Both the position numbers and the translations under genes were made by a program. Shown in pieces: positions 16,626 to 25,081 of a stretch of 39,060 bases of DNA (positions are counted from its first letter, which is position 1; every line of letters begins with the position of its first letter). Source of the DNA: Candidatus Vogelbacteria bacterium (GTDB lineage: Bacteria > Patescibacteriota > Minisyncoccia > Phycocordibacterales > UBA12445); the NCBI GenBank assembly GCA_016215345.1, contig JACRKD010000025.1, positions 1 to 39,060 on the forward strand, read 5' to 3'. Under the pieces are notes generated by a model. It did not search any database. It was not told where the DNA came from and worked only from the letters and a program-made list of their open reading frames with translations.

Positions 16626-16652
16626 GGCGTTCAGAAAACTGAACGCCTTTTT
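16626..16652 (+). terminator. Intrinsic terminator after the protease gene
   Basis: ggcgttcag-aaaa-ctgaacgcc (9-bp stem) followed by TTTTT. It abuts the stop of the convergent gene at 16651. Confidence 0.8.
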
Positions 16653-17346
16653 AGTTTCCAATCAACTTCCTCCTAAAAACATATTCGTAAATCCCGGAGA
16701 AGAAAAAGCCGTAGGATAACGAAAACATGACTTGGCTCCACGGAATATCAGCCACCGTTCCGCTGACAGACAAGATAGAGATATTAAGCGCAGATAATAG
16801 GAAATCTGGGTATATAGTCGTGAGAACAAAAAGAATTAAAAGATAAAATAAAGAAAAAAGAATCCCGCCGATTAAAATCTTTTTCACTAAATCTCGTCTT
16901 TCATATCCGATGATAATGGCGCCAATCAAAAGAGCAATGCAAGCGGCATAAATGGGACTGACTTCCGCTACTATAAGTAACACGAAAAATATCACTAATG
17001 CGAGCGTAATGGGCACAAAATTGTATCTGCCGAGAGAATCTTTACTCACCACCAAAGGACCATGAGCGCTTTTTAAAAACCACTCGTATATGACAGAGGC
17101 GATACCGGCGATGGAAAAAGCAACAATAAAGGACTCGATATCCAGATGAAACCGAACCGCGAAATCGAAAAGAGACTGCGGTGTCCAATATGCCGGAACA
17201 AAAAAGAACTCCGCGAAACCAAGTGGCGCGCCCAACGAACTTACCACCCGCATCTCCCTCCTGCCCTCATCGGTAAAAATAGAGGTATAAATTATCAGCC
17301 AGAGAATGAGGAGAAAAAGCGACCATATGAACCAAGCGTAGTGCAC
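16651..17346 (-). CDS. Hypothetical polytopic membrane protein
   Basis: 231 aa with about 7 hydrophobic segments. No recognised motif. Confidence 0.65.
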   Translation of the reverse strand: MHYAWFIWSLFLLILWLIIYTSIFTDEGRREMRVVSSLGAPLGFAEFFFVPAYWTPQSLFDFAVRFHLDIESFIVAFSIAGIASVIYEWFLKSAHGPLVVSKDSLGRYNFVPITLALVIFFVLLIVAEVSPIYAACIALLIGAIIIGYERRDLVKKILIGGILFSLFYLLILFVLTTIYPDFLLSALNISILSVSGTVADIPWSQVMFSLSYGFFFSGIYEYVFRRKLIGN

Positions 17347-17361
17347 AAAAGAATTATACCA

Positions 17362-18453
17362 CTAAATTTCGTGATTGGTGAGAGCCGGCAAAACCTTAGT
17401 CGTCTTAGCCTCAAATTCAATACGCCCAACTGGAAGCCCCTGCGGTGTTAAAACGTTAACACGCCAGAAGCCATCTGACACTCCGCTCATATATGAGTAC
17501 GTCCTGTATCCACCATCGCGTCCACCAATGATAGGAAGGGCGATTCGCTCAATCGTAATCCAAGATTTATCATGTTCATCATATCTCTGCCATTCATGAG
17601 TAAGATTCACGTTAAGAGACGCCGGAGAGAATATCGCGCTATAAACGTAAACCGGCCGGCCAAGAATAACGTGTATCGGTTTGTACTGCTTAAAAAAATT
17701 CCGCCAGTCCGGAGCCTCGTCAAGAGCATCGAAATTACCCGATGAGTTTCTCGCAATACTATGATACACGCCAGCTTCCTTAAGGGAAAGGGGAATCGGC
17801 GGAATAAGATTTGCGAAGTATAAAAAATTTATCAAGAGGTAAATCGAGAGAACGCTCAAACGTAGAGTCTTTATGTTGCCTATAACATGTTTATAGCTTA
17901 TGAGCCGGAGAATCGACACAAACATATAGATGAAGGCCAGAGACAGAAACCCGCTATAAACAAAAATCCTGTCCCCCATCCCGTGAATAATTACCGGCAC
18001 GATAAAAATCGCAAAAGAAAAGATAGACAAGAAAAGAATACTCACCTGATAATAGAGGCGGGCGTAATGTTTCTTGAAGGCTTCGTTCCCGACGAAAGCC
18101 AGAACGAGAAGCAAGATGAACGGCCAACTTGAACCGAGAGTCCCACTGCGAAAATAAAAAACCAAGAAGGTGGAGAGTAGTCCTCCGAAGGCAAACTGGA
18201 TTATAAATATAAGCCAAAATTGAACACTGTAGACCTTATACTCTTCCTCCGGATTTCCAGAACGGCGGAAATAATAGTTGAGTAAGAGAATGCCAACGGC
18301 CGCGACGATAAGGTGGGCTAATACCCAAATATTTTCCCAAAACAGGTCTATCCTTTTCAAATAAAGCGCGTCGAAAACGAATCCGCCGAGAAGCGCCAGG
18401 GAAGAAATATGTCTTTCGTATCGCTCGTACCAATTTACAATAGCCTTTCGCAT
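17362..18453 (-). CDS. Polytopic membrane protein with a C-terminal DUF2914-like soluble domain
   Basis: 363 aa. Multi-TM N-terminal half. The C-terminal WQRYDEHDKSWITIERIALPIIGGRDGGYRTYSYMSGVSDGFWRVNVLTPQGLPVGRIEF resembles the DUF2914 pattern as I recall it; this is not verified. Confidence 0.65.
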   Translation of the reverse strand: MRKAIVNWYERYERHISSLALLGGFVFDALYLKRIDLFWENIWVLAHLIVAAVGILLLNYYFRRSGNPEEEYKVYSVQFWLIFIIQFAFGGLLSTFLVFYFRSGTLGSSWPFILLLVLAFVGNEAFKKHYARLYYQVSILFLSIFSFAIFIVPVIIHGMGDRIFVYSGFLSLAFIYMFVSILRLISYKHVIGNIKTLRLSVLSIYLLINFLYFANLIPPIPLSLKEAGVYHSIARNSSGNFDALDEAPDWRNFFKQYKPIHVILGRPVYVYSAIFSPASLNVNLTHEWQRYDEHDKSWITIERIALPIIGGRDGGYRTYSYMSGVSDGFWRVNVLTPQGLPVGRIEFEAKTTKVLPALTNHEI

Positions 18454-18591
18454 GCCATAAGTATATCAAAAATATATCTATGTGTACCTAATGATGATTC
18501 ATAAACATCTTCTGCGAATCATCGCGGAGAGACTTTTAAAATTAAGTAATTTATAGTGGCAAAATAGGGGTCGGAAAATCCCGTAGGGAGG

Positions 18592-18607
18592 AACGGGGTA
18601 CCCCGTT
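18592..18607 (+). terminator. Palindromic hairpin aacggg-gtac-cccgtt followed by TTTTATTTT, in the intergenic region downstream of the malic enzyme gene
   Basis: Direct reading. The U-run orientation favours the plus strand, yet no plus-strand gene is upstream. It may act on the minus-strand maeA-like transcript. Confidence 0.4.
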
Positions 18608-18693
18608 TTATTTTGACGCTAGAAATTACTATAATTTTTTAGGCTTGTAGCACCGATGAGAAGAGGATGTTTTTGAATTGTTGATAGACTAAA

Positions 18694-19890
18694 CTATTTA
18701 ATTGCCGAGGCGACTGCTTTTACAACATTTTTATCAAATGGCCCGGGGATAATATTGTTTACGTTTGGCTTCTTAACGCACCCCGCGAGTTTCTCGGCGG
18801 CACACACAAACATCTCCGGCGTAAACTGTTTTATTTTCTTATCTATCGCCCCGCGGAAAATTCCCGGGAAGCCAAGAACATTATTAAGCTGATTGGGAAA
18901 ATCGCTCCTTCCAGTGGCAATAATAAACGCGCCAGCCCTTTCTGCGATATCCGGCATTATCTCCGGCACAGGATTCGCCATGGCGAAAATAATCGGCTTC
19001 GCGTTCATAGACTTCACCATCTCTTCAGTCAGAACTCCAGCCTTGGAAACACCGATAAAAATATCACGCCCATTTATCGCCGTAGCCAAACCGCCTGAGA
19101 CATTTTCATAATTACCCGTCTTTTCTTTTATCATATTTATAAGCTCAAGCTTCGGATTTTTTATAGCGAGTGATTTACCACGAGCTAGGTCAAGGGACGT
19201 CGAACCGATGTCCCCGCGTGTTTCGGTTATCGCCCCCTGGCTATCGCATAAAATTATATTTTTAAAACCATAACAAAGCAGAAGTTTCGCAATAGCGGTC
19301 CCCGCCGCCCCAACTCCGTTTATTATAATTTTTACATTCTCCTTCCGCGATTTCCTAAGTTTTAAGGAATTTATAAGCCCGGCGAGAACAACGACAGAAG
19401 TTCCGTGCTGATCATCGTGCATTACTGGAATATCTAGTTCTGCGCGAAGTCTTCTCTCTACCTCGAAACACCTCGGCGCGGAGATATCTTCCAGGTTAAT
19501 CCCTCCGAAAATAGGCGCAATATTTTTTACCGTTTTTATAATCTCTTCAACGTCTTGAGTGGCGAGGCAAATTGGGAAGGCATCGACACCGCCGAATGTT
19601 TTAAAAAGCAAAGCCTTACCCTCCATTACCGGTATCGCTCCAAGCGGTCCAAGGTTTCCAAGCCCAAGAACTGCGGAACCGTCGGAAACAACTGCAATCA
19701 TATTTTTCTTTATAGTTAAATCGTAAACTTTTTTCGGATCTTTAAAAATCTCCAAACAAACCGCTCCGACGCCGGGAGTATAGGCGAGTAATAGATCCTC
19801 TCTATTTTTAACAGGAATCTTCCCCGCAATCTCAATCTTCCCCGCGTGCTTCTTGTGAAGCGCGATAGACTCCTTATTTATATTTTTCAT
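18694..19890 (-). CDS. NAD(P)-dependent malic enzyme (short form)
   Basis: 398 aa. LAYTPGVG, VVSDGSAVLGLGNLGPLGAIPVMEGKALLFK and INGVGAAGTAI (Rossmann) match the oxaloacetate-decarboxylating malate dehydrogenase family. Confidence 0.92.
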   Translation of the reverse strand: MKNINKESIALHKKHAGKIEIAGKIPVKNREDLLLAYTPGVGAVCLEIFKDPKKVYDLTIKKNMIAVVSDGSAVLGLGNLGPLGAIPVMEGKALLFKTFGGVDAFPICLATQDVEEIIKTVKNIAPIFGGINLEDISAPRCFEVERRLRAELDIPVMHDDQHGTSVVVLAGLINSLKLRKSRKENVKIIINGVGAAGTAIAKLLLCYGFKNIILCDSQGAITETRGDIGSTSLDLARGKSLAIKNPKLELINMIKEKTGNYENVSGGLATAINGRDIFIGVSKAGVLTEEMVKSMNAKPIIFAMANPVPEIMPDIAERAGAFIIATGRSDFPNQLNNVLGFPGIFRGAIDKKIKQFTPEMFVCAAEKLAGCVKKPNVNNIIPGPFDKNVVKAVASAIK

Positions 19891-20094
19891 TCTCGAATTA
19901 TAATCCCCTTTTTTATTAAATCAAAATTACTGACTTTACAAATTCATGCGGTCGCATAACTTTGCAAAGTGAAGACTTGGGCTGCTAAAGTGAACTTGAC
20001 TATATACACACCTTCATGTTATAGTTCTACCCAGGAAATCGCCGTTTGACAACCCAATAAGCAACAGCTCCGTAAACGAAAGGAGGAAGGTTAA

Positions 20095-20961
20095 GTGAAT
20101 AAAAGAAAGAAAAGTCCTCTACTTGGTCTACTTGGTGTTCTAGGGATAGCGGTAACGGCGGGACTCGCCCTGCCGTTCGTGAATGTTCTCTCACAATTTC
20201 AGCCCGAAGAGCTGATGGCCTTTCGCGGATTTCTGACTGCGAGTATCGCGTTAGCTCTCCTTGGCGGCAAGATCAGAAAGGTCGACAACTATACTTACTG
20301 GATAGCAGCAGTGCTCCCCCTGGCAACTCTCGGACTCTTCAACGGAATCCGGTATTGGGGTCCGAATCAAACCATAGTCCTAATCATGGCGACTCCACTC
20401 GTGAACTTCGCGATAGGCTTTTTCCTGAAGCGGAAACCGTCTCTCGCCTCGATAGTGGGACTCGTCCTTTTACTCATTGGCGTTACGACCGCGCTTTGGG
20501 ATGAACTCTTCGTCTTGATAGGGTTCAAGTGGGCGCTATTCGGAACCTTGATGAACGGCGTCCTCTATGAACTCTTCGCGAGGGCAAGGGCGGAGTCCCT
20601 GCAAAAGTGCTTCTACGCAACTATCGCGATGGGAACACTCGGCCTAATTCTAAGTCTCGGAACGGACACCTCGTGGGCGCAAGCTGTAAATTCAAGGACT
20701 GCAATCACTCTCTTCTGCTTCGCTCTTGTGGGCGGATTCCTCTACTGGCGAGCCAACCTGCTCGCCTTCGAGAATCTACCGGTAGCAGAAGCAAGCATCC
20801 TTGCCCAATTGGAAACACCGGCGACAATCATCGGATCATACTTTTTCCTTGGGCAACACTTCACGAACGGCCAGTGGGCAAGCGTCGCCATCGCATTTTT
20901 CGGCGCCAGCCTCCTAGCCTTCTGGCTTGCGAAGCAAACGGAACAAGAAAAACACAACTAA
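20095..20961 (+). CDS. DMT-superfamily (EamA-like) transporter
   Basis: 288 aa with about 10 TM segments in two EamA-like halves. GTG start is preceded by AGGAGG (8-nt spacer). The gene is visibly G+C-rich. Confidence 0.8.
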   Translation: MNKRKKSPLLGLLGVLGIAVTAGLALPFVNVLSQFQPEELMAFRGFLTASIALALLGGKIRKVDNYTYWIAAVLPLATLGLFNGIRYWGPNQTIVLIMATPLVNFAIGFFLKRKPSLASIVGLVLLLIGVTTALWDELFVLIGFKWALFGTLMNGVLYELFARARAESLQKCFYATIAMGTLGLILSLGTDTSWAQAVNSRTAITLFCFALVGGFLYWRANLLAFENLPVAEASILAQLETPATIIGSYFFLGQHFTNGQWASVAIAFFGASLLAFWLAKQTEQEKHN

Positions 20962-20973
20962 CCCTACAATCAC

Positions 20974-20997
20974 GCCGCGCTAATCCCGCGGCTTTTT
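20974..20997 (+). terminator. Intrinsic terminator after the EamA-like gene
   Basis: gccgcg-ctaatcc-cgcggc followed by TTTTT. Confidence 0.7.
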
Positions 20998-21080
20998 CTT
21001 TACCCAAGTATAGAGTAACTCCCCACTGCCCCGATTAACATCAATCTCCCGTGCTCAAATACAAGGTTACTTTTCCCATT

Positions 21081-21104
21081 CGCCTGCCTGCCGGCAGGCA
21101 GGCG
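21081..21104. repeat. Perfect 24-nt palindrome cgcctgcctgcc/ggcaggcaggcg, nested inside a 9-bp outer stem (21060-21068 / 21132-21140)
   Basis: Direct reading. The motif CCTGCCTG...CAGGCRGG recurs at 8652-8671. Confidence 0.9.
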
Positions 21105-21183
21105 GACACAAGGGGAATTCATTCCAAAAGCAACCTTGTATTTTCGCTCTCGCCGAGTCCGGTGAGGAGATACGATTGCCTGC

Positions 21184-21211
21184 TTGACTTTTTCTGCGGT
21201 TCGTGTATACT
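21184..21211 (+). promoter_or_regulatory. Candidate promoter for cspA (TTGACT-N16-TATACT; a TATAAT follows, overlapping its last base), giving a ~75-nt leader
   Basis: TTGACT 21184-21189, TATACT 21206-21211. A long 5' UTR is typical of cold-shock genes. Confidence 0.5.
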
Positions 21212-21290
21212 ATAATGCACAAAGTGGTTAAGGTGAAGGTTCGAGCATGCTTTACATTTGTATTTTAACAACTAAACAGATCAAAAATCG

Positions 21291-21491
21291 ATGACCGGTA
21301 CAATCAAGAAATTGATGAAGGACAAAGGTTTTGGTTTCATCGCCAGGGAAGACGCCGCGAAAGATGTATTCTTTCATAGCAATTCTTTGGTTGGAGTCCA
21401 GTTTACTTCTCTAAACGAGGGGGATGCTGTATCCTTCGACGTAGAAGAGTCTCCAAAAGGATTGAACGCCATAAACGTCAAGCGAGTATAA
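21291..21491 (+). CDS. cspA: Cold-shock protein (CspA family)
   Basis: 66 aa. KGFGFI (RNP1) and VFFH (RNP2). Confidence 0.95.
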   Translation: MTGTIKKLMKDKGFGFIAREDAAKDVFFHSNSLVGVQFTSLNEGDAVSFDVEESPKGLNAINVKRV

Positions 21492-21546
21492 TATTCGCAA
21501 ATCAATCAAAAAAGGTCTGCCTTAGGGTAAGCCTTTTTTGATTTAG

Positions 21547-21597
21547 AAATAAACGGTGTCAGGTACCTTTGTTTAGGGTACCTGACACCGTTTATTT
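21547..21597. terminator. 21-bp perfect hairpin between convergent cspA and the exonuclease gene (bidirectional terminator candidate)
   Basis: aaataaacggtgtcaggtacc-tttgtttag-ggtacctgacaccgtttattt. A/T-rich arm ends supply U-tracts in both directions. A smaller hairpin plus T6 at about 21508-21538 directly follows cspA. Confidence 0.7.
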
Positions 21598-21629
21598 CCA
21601 CAGGAGGTCGGACCTTGTTTCTTCCACCT

Positions 21630-22334
21630 CTATTTTAAGACCTCCTGCAAAGTATAAATCCAGTCCGGATCTTTTTCACCGGATTTTAATTTCTCCCTAA
21701 GCAACCACTCAAGATAACCCCTGTCGCTTTTCAAAACTTCGTCTATCAGAACATCCTTATATTTACCAAAGCTTAACCTCCTAAACAGTATCGGGGCGTT
21801 CGATATTCTCATGGCCTCTTCTGTCGCTTCATTCTCTCTCGGAAATTTGTTCTTAATCTGGGAAAATAATTTCTGGAAAAGGGAGTAGAGAACATTAACG
21901 TCCCCTTCCGCATCATGCGGCGTCCCAACTACGTCCAGGTCATAAAAGTAACGAAGATACTGCAAATTATATTCCGGAATATCGCCGCGTTCATCCAAGT
22001 ATCGGGCCAGTCGAAGTGTACAAATCTTTCGAGGAATTTTAATCCCCTCGTTCTCAAGTATCGCGCAGTCGAACTCCGCATTGTGGGCCACCAGGATCCC
22101 CCCTTCAAGCAGACCCAGAAGGTCTTTATACATATCGCTTCCTACAAAAGCCGGCTTATCCAAAAGCATCTTATTCGTAATATGAGTAATGCTCATGGCT
22201 TTAACCGAGAGCGGTATCGGTGGTTTAAAATACTCGACCTTAGTTCCCTGTGAGGTTTTATAACAAACCTGGCAAAGACGATCTTTCGTCACATCATTTC
22301 CCGTTGTCTCTGTGTCTAAAAATATTAAATCCAT
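21630..22334 (-). CDS. DEDDh (DnaQ/ExoX-like) 3'-5' exonuclease fused to a C-terminal DUF3820-like domain
   Basis: 234 aa. FLDTETTG (Exo I), LVAHNAEFD (Exo II) and HDAEGDV (Exo III, H-x4-D). The C-terminal FGKYKDVLIDEVLKSDRGYLEWLL resembles DUF3820. Confidence 0.85.
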   Translation of the reverse strand: MDLIFLDTETTGNDVTKDRLCQVCYKTSQGTKVEYFKPPIPLSVKAMSITHITNKMLLDKPAFVGSDMYKDLLGLLEGGILVAHNAEFDCAILENEGIKIPRKICTLRLARYLDERGDIPEYNLQYLRYFYDLDVVGTPHDAEGDVNVLYSLFQKLFSQIKNKFPRENEATEEAMRISNAPILFRRLSFGKYKDVLIDEVLKSDRGYLEWLLREKLKSGEKDPDWIYTLQEVLK

Positions 22335-22349
22335 AATTTATATTATAAA

Positions 22350-22778
22350 CTAAATTCCGTAAAAAAGCTTTATGCATCCGTCTTCATCTTTAATCAAGTC
22401 CATCATAACGGCTTCAGTGGGAGACTTCCAAATAAAGGCCTTATGTTCATCTGGCTTTATCTTTATACCTGGACGAACATCTAGTTTGTAATGAAAAAGG
22501 GGATAAGCAAAGGTAAATTTTCCTGGATAGTTAACATAGACCACTTGGAAAAAAGTTGGCTCGCCTATTTTAATTCCAGTTTCCTCAAATACCTCCCTGA
22601 TACACGCATCAGACGGAGTTTCCATGGGTTCGACCCTACCTCCTGACGTCCCCCAAGTGTTGCCCTGCGGTTTATGATCCTGTCTATGAAGTAACACAAT
22701 CTCCCCCGCATGTTCTAAAAAACATCCTGCGGCTTCAAAATTAATTTTTAGACTTTCAGGCCGAGCGAGAAAAATCAT
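22350..22778 (-). CDS. NUDIX hydrolase
   Basis: 142 aa with a perfect Nudix box: GRVEPMETPSDACIREVFEETGI (Gx5Ex7REUxEExGU). Confidence 0.9.
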   Translation of the reverse strand: MIFLARPESLKINFEAAGCFLEHAGEIVLLHRQDHKPQGNTWGTSGGRVEPMETPSDACIREVFEETGIKIGEPTFFQVVYVNYPGKFTFAYPLFHYKLDVRPGIKIKPDEHKAFIWKSPTEAVMMDLIKDEDGCIKLFYGI

Positions 22779-23386
22779 TGAAGAAGTTTATTTATAACCC
22801 TAAAATCTTTTATCAGCGTGTCCTTCTGGTTGCGGTTGTAAATCGCGACAGCGGGATGATAAAGCGCGACAATATCTACCTCGCCATAGGAGGTGGTTGC
22901 TTTAAAAGATTTTCCATGAGCCAATGAGATCGGTTCAAGTTTACCTCCCAGTCCAAAGTGATTCATTATATACTCCATCGCATGACGGCCCAGGGCGGCG
23001 ATAACTTTAGGCTGGATTATCTTGATTTGACGATCGAGGAAGGGGGCATAGAGCTCCTTTTCGGCTGGCGTCGGGTCGCGATTCTCCGGCGGGCGATCCT
23101 TGACGATGTTTGTTATATACACATCCCCGCGTTTAATCCCAGCCGAAAGGAGAAGGTCGTTCAAGAGGTTGCCGGACACGCCGCAAAAAGGTCTGCCCTT
23201 CTCGGCTTCGTTTCTGCCTGGCGCCTCACCGACGAACATTATTTTAGCAAAGTGGCTACCCTCGCCGACAACTGGAAAATATCTGTTTTTAATTCGATAT
23301 TCATAAAGAGGAGACTCCTTAAAAGCCAAAAGTTCATCCTTTATCTTCCTAAGAGCCTTATATCTCTTCTCTTCTTCTTTTGCCAT
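22775..23386 (-). CDS. Uracil-DNA glycosylase, family 4
   Basis: 203 aa. GEAPGRNEAEKGRPFCGVSG (motif A) and YHPA (motif B). 4-nt ATGA overlap with the Nudix gene. Confidence 0.92.
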   Translation of the reverse strand: MAKEEEKRYKALRKIKDELLAFKESPLYEYRIKNRYFPVVGEGSHFAKIMFVGEAPGRNEAEKGRPFCGVSGNLLNDLLLSAGIKRGDVYITNIVKDRPPENRDPTPAEKELYAPFLDRQIKIIQPKVIAALGRHAMEYIMNHFGLGGKLEPISLAHGKSFKATTSYGEVDIVALYHPAVAIYNRNQKDTLIKDFRVINKLLQ

Positions 23387-23439
23387 AAACCATATTATAA
23401 ACTATTAAATACAAAACGACAGAAACTTACAATGCAGAC

Positions 23440-23497
23440 AAAACAAAAAAACCAATGTCTTACTATAATCCACGATCGTTAGAGATGGTAAGACATT
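23440..23497 (-). terminator. Terminator candidate after the LTD-PKD gene
   Basis: 10-bp stem aatgtcttac / gtaagacatt (23454-23463 / 23488-23497). On the minus strand GGTTTTTTTGTTTTG follows. The loop is large (24 nt). Confidence 0.55.
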
Positions 23498-23565
23498 ACA
23501 AAATGGTATTACAGAGGTCCGCCACTCGTTCACTTATAATTCTAAAAATTTGATTTTCAGAACCC

Positions 23566-25071
23566 CTAAAAGAAAAGATTTTTGATGTAATTGAAAGCGG
23601 AAACCGGCAGGTGAACAATTGTACCGATAAAAGATTTCGGCTGATCTATAACTTCGATTGTTTTTAGGGATACAACACCATCCTCCGGTGCCTCAAGCGG
23701 GGCAGGCGGAATCACAGCAACGGCAAGATTGGCGCGAGCAAGTGAGCCCATAAAAGACGGCGCGGGCGTAGGCCTGTTTTTTTCTACAATGGTATTTAAT
23801 ATTTTTTCCGCGGCACTGAGCTGTTCCAGCATAGTACTCGTGCTAATTATTGTCGGAATAGATTTACTTGGAGGTTCCACCTCCAAGTAAACTGGAAGAT
23901 TTAAAAACTTTAACTTAAAAACAATCTCCCCTGACGGACTCTTCAAAACAATATTGTTTTCCGGCGCGGGAATTATACCCGTCAAATCTTTCGACAGTAA
24001 GATGGTCTTTTTCGGTAGGACTATTGTGTCTTTGGGAAAAGTGAAAGTCGACCGTTCGCCTTCAATAATCCACCCCCCGAGATTTAATTCATAGCCGGAA
24101 AAATTTTTAACCTCGATGGGGCAAAATGTGCCGAAGGAATAATCACAAAATACCTCCAGCTCCGGAGAAACTGCGGTTACGCTAGCGCGTGACACAAAAT
24201 CCTCACTATTATTCGAGACATTTAGAATAACTGCGTAAGTTCCGGGAAATTTATAAACGTGTTTTACTCTTTTACCGATAGTCTGCATCCCATCACCGAA
24301 ACTCCAGCTTACGTTGGAGGCATCAACCGCCTCCCCCTTCTCATTTGTCAGCTTGGCATCAAACACAACCTCCGCGCCGACAGTAGTTAATCTATCGCGT
24401 CCTGCGCCAACCAAAAACTTCGATGCCGGAACTTTCTCGCTGATTTCTATCGGGCTTTCGTGCGTAGAAATGGTAATCGGTTTATCTACTTCAGGGCTAC
24501 TAGTCGAACTTTGGGCAACAGTTACAAACGTTGCGTTTGCCGCGCCAGGAGTTCCTGTGGCCGTTATCCACCCGGAAGGAGTCAATTGCGCCGTTTCCCT
24601 GGTTGAAGTTTTTCCAACTGCCACACCGCCGTTTATCTTCCACGAGCTAGAACCATCAACCCGGTCGACTTCCACTCCGCCACTATTTTTCAAAGTTAAA
24701 ATCTCACCAGAGTCCCGAAGCCCTCCAGTATATATCAAATCGGCGGGAACATCTGCGACGGTCGTATCATCGGTACGCTCCAATAAATAATAACCAAAGG
24801 CGCCGATCGTCGTCTTTTTCATTCCAACAACTGTCGTATTCCAGCTCAACGTCCAATCAGTTAGGTCGACTGGAGAAGAATCCGGATTGTACAACTCTAT
24901 CCACTCGTTACTTGCACTGTCTTTCGTCCCCATCCATGCAATCTCATTTATTTTCACTTGAGCAAAAGCAGTAGACGCAACCGCGAAAAGGAAAAGGATA
25001 AAAAAGATTGCGGGAAATTTATATTTAATTTTGTTTAAATGAATCTCAAACATTTTAGTAATTGACACCAA
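23566..25071 (-). CDS. Secreted lamin-tail-domain (LTD) protein with a central PKD domain and a second LTD-like C-terminal module
   Basis: 501 aa. Signal/anchor segment, then VKINEIAWMGTKDSASNEWIELYNPDSSPVDLTDWTL (LTD), VSWSFGDGMQTIGKRVKHVYKFPGTYAVILNVSN (PKD) and VKNFSGYELNLGGWIIEG (LTD-like). Confidence 0.85.
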   Translation of the reverse strand: MVSITKMFEIHLNKIKYKFPAIFFILFLFAVASTAFAQVKINEIAWMGTKDSASNEWIELYNPDSSPVDLTDWTLSWNTTVVGMKKTTIGAFGYYLLERTDDTTVADVPADLIYTGGLRDSGEILTLKNSGGVEVDRVDGSSSWKINGGVAVGKTSTRETAQLTPSGWITATGTPGAANATFVTVAQSSTSSPEVDKPITISTHESPIEISEKVPASKFLVGAGRDRLTTVGAEVVFDAKLTNEKGEAVDASNVSWSFGDGMQTIGKRVKHVYKFPGTYAVILNVSNNSEDFVSRASVTAVSPELEVFCDYSFGTFCPIEVKNFSGYELNLGGWIIEGERSTFTFPKDTIVLPKKTILLSKDLTGIIPAPENNIVLKSPSGEIVFKLKFLNLPVYLEVEPPSKSIPTIISTSTMLEQLSAAEKILNTIVEKNRPTPAPSFMGSLARANLAVAVIPPAPLEAPEDGVVSLKTIEVIDQPKSFIGTIVHLPVSAFNYIKNLFF

Positions 25072-25081
25072 AAACCTATCT

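Noticed and set aside
18454-18693. Plus-strand sRNA ending at the 18592-18607 palindrome plus T-run
   Set aside because: I found no convincing promoter with proper spacing: TTGACG and TATAAT at 18612-18634 are only 11 nt apart and lie downstream of the hairpin. The palindrome can serve the minus-strand malic-enzyme transcript.
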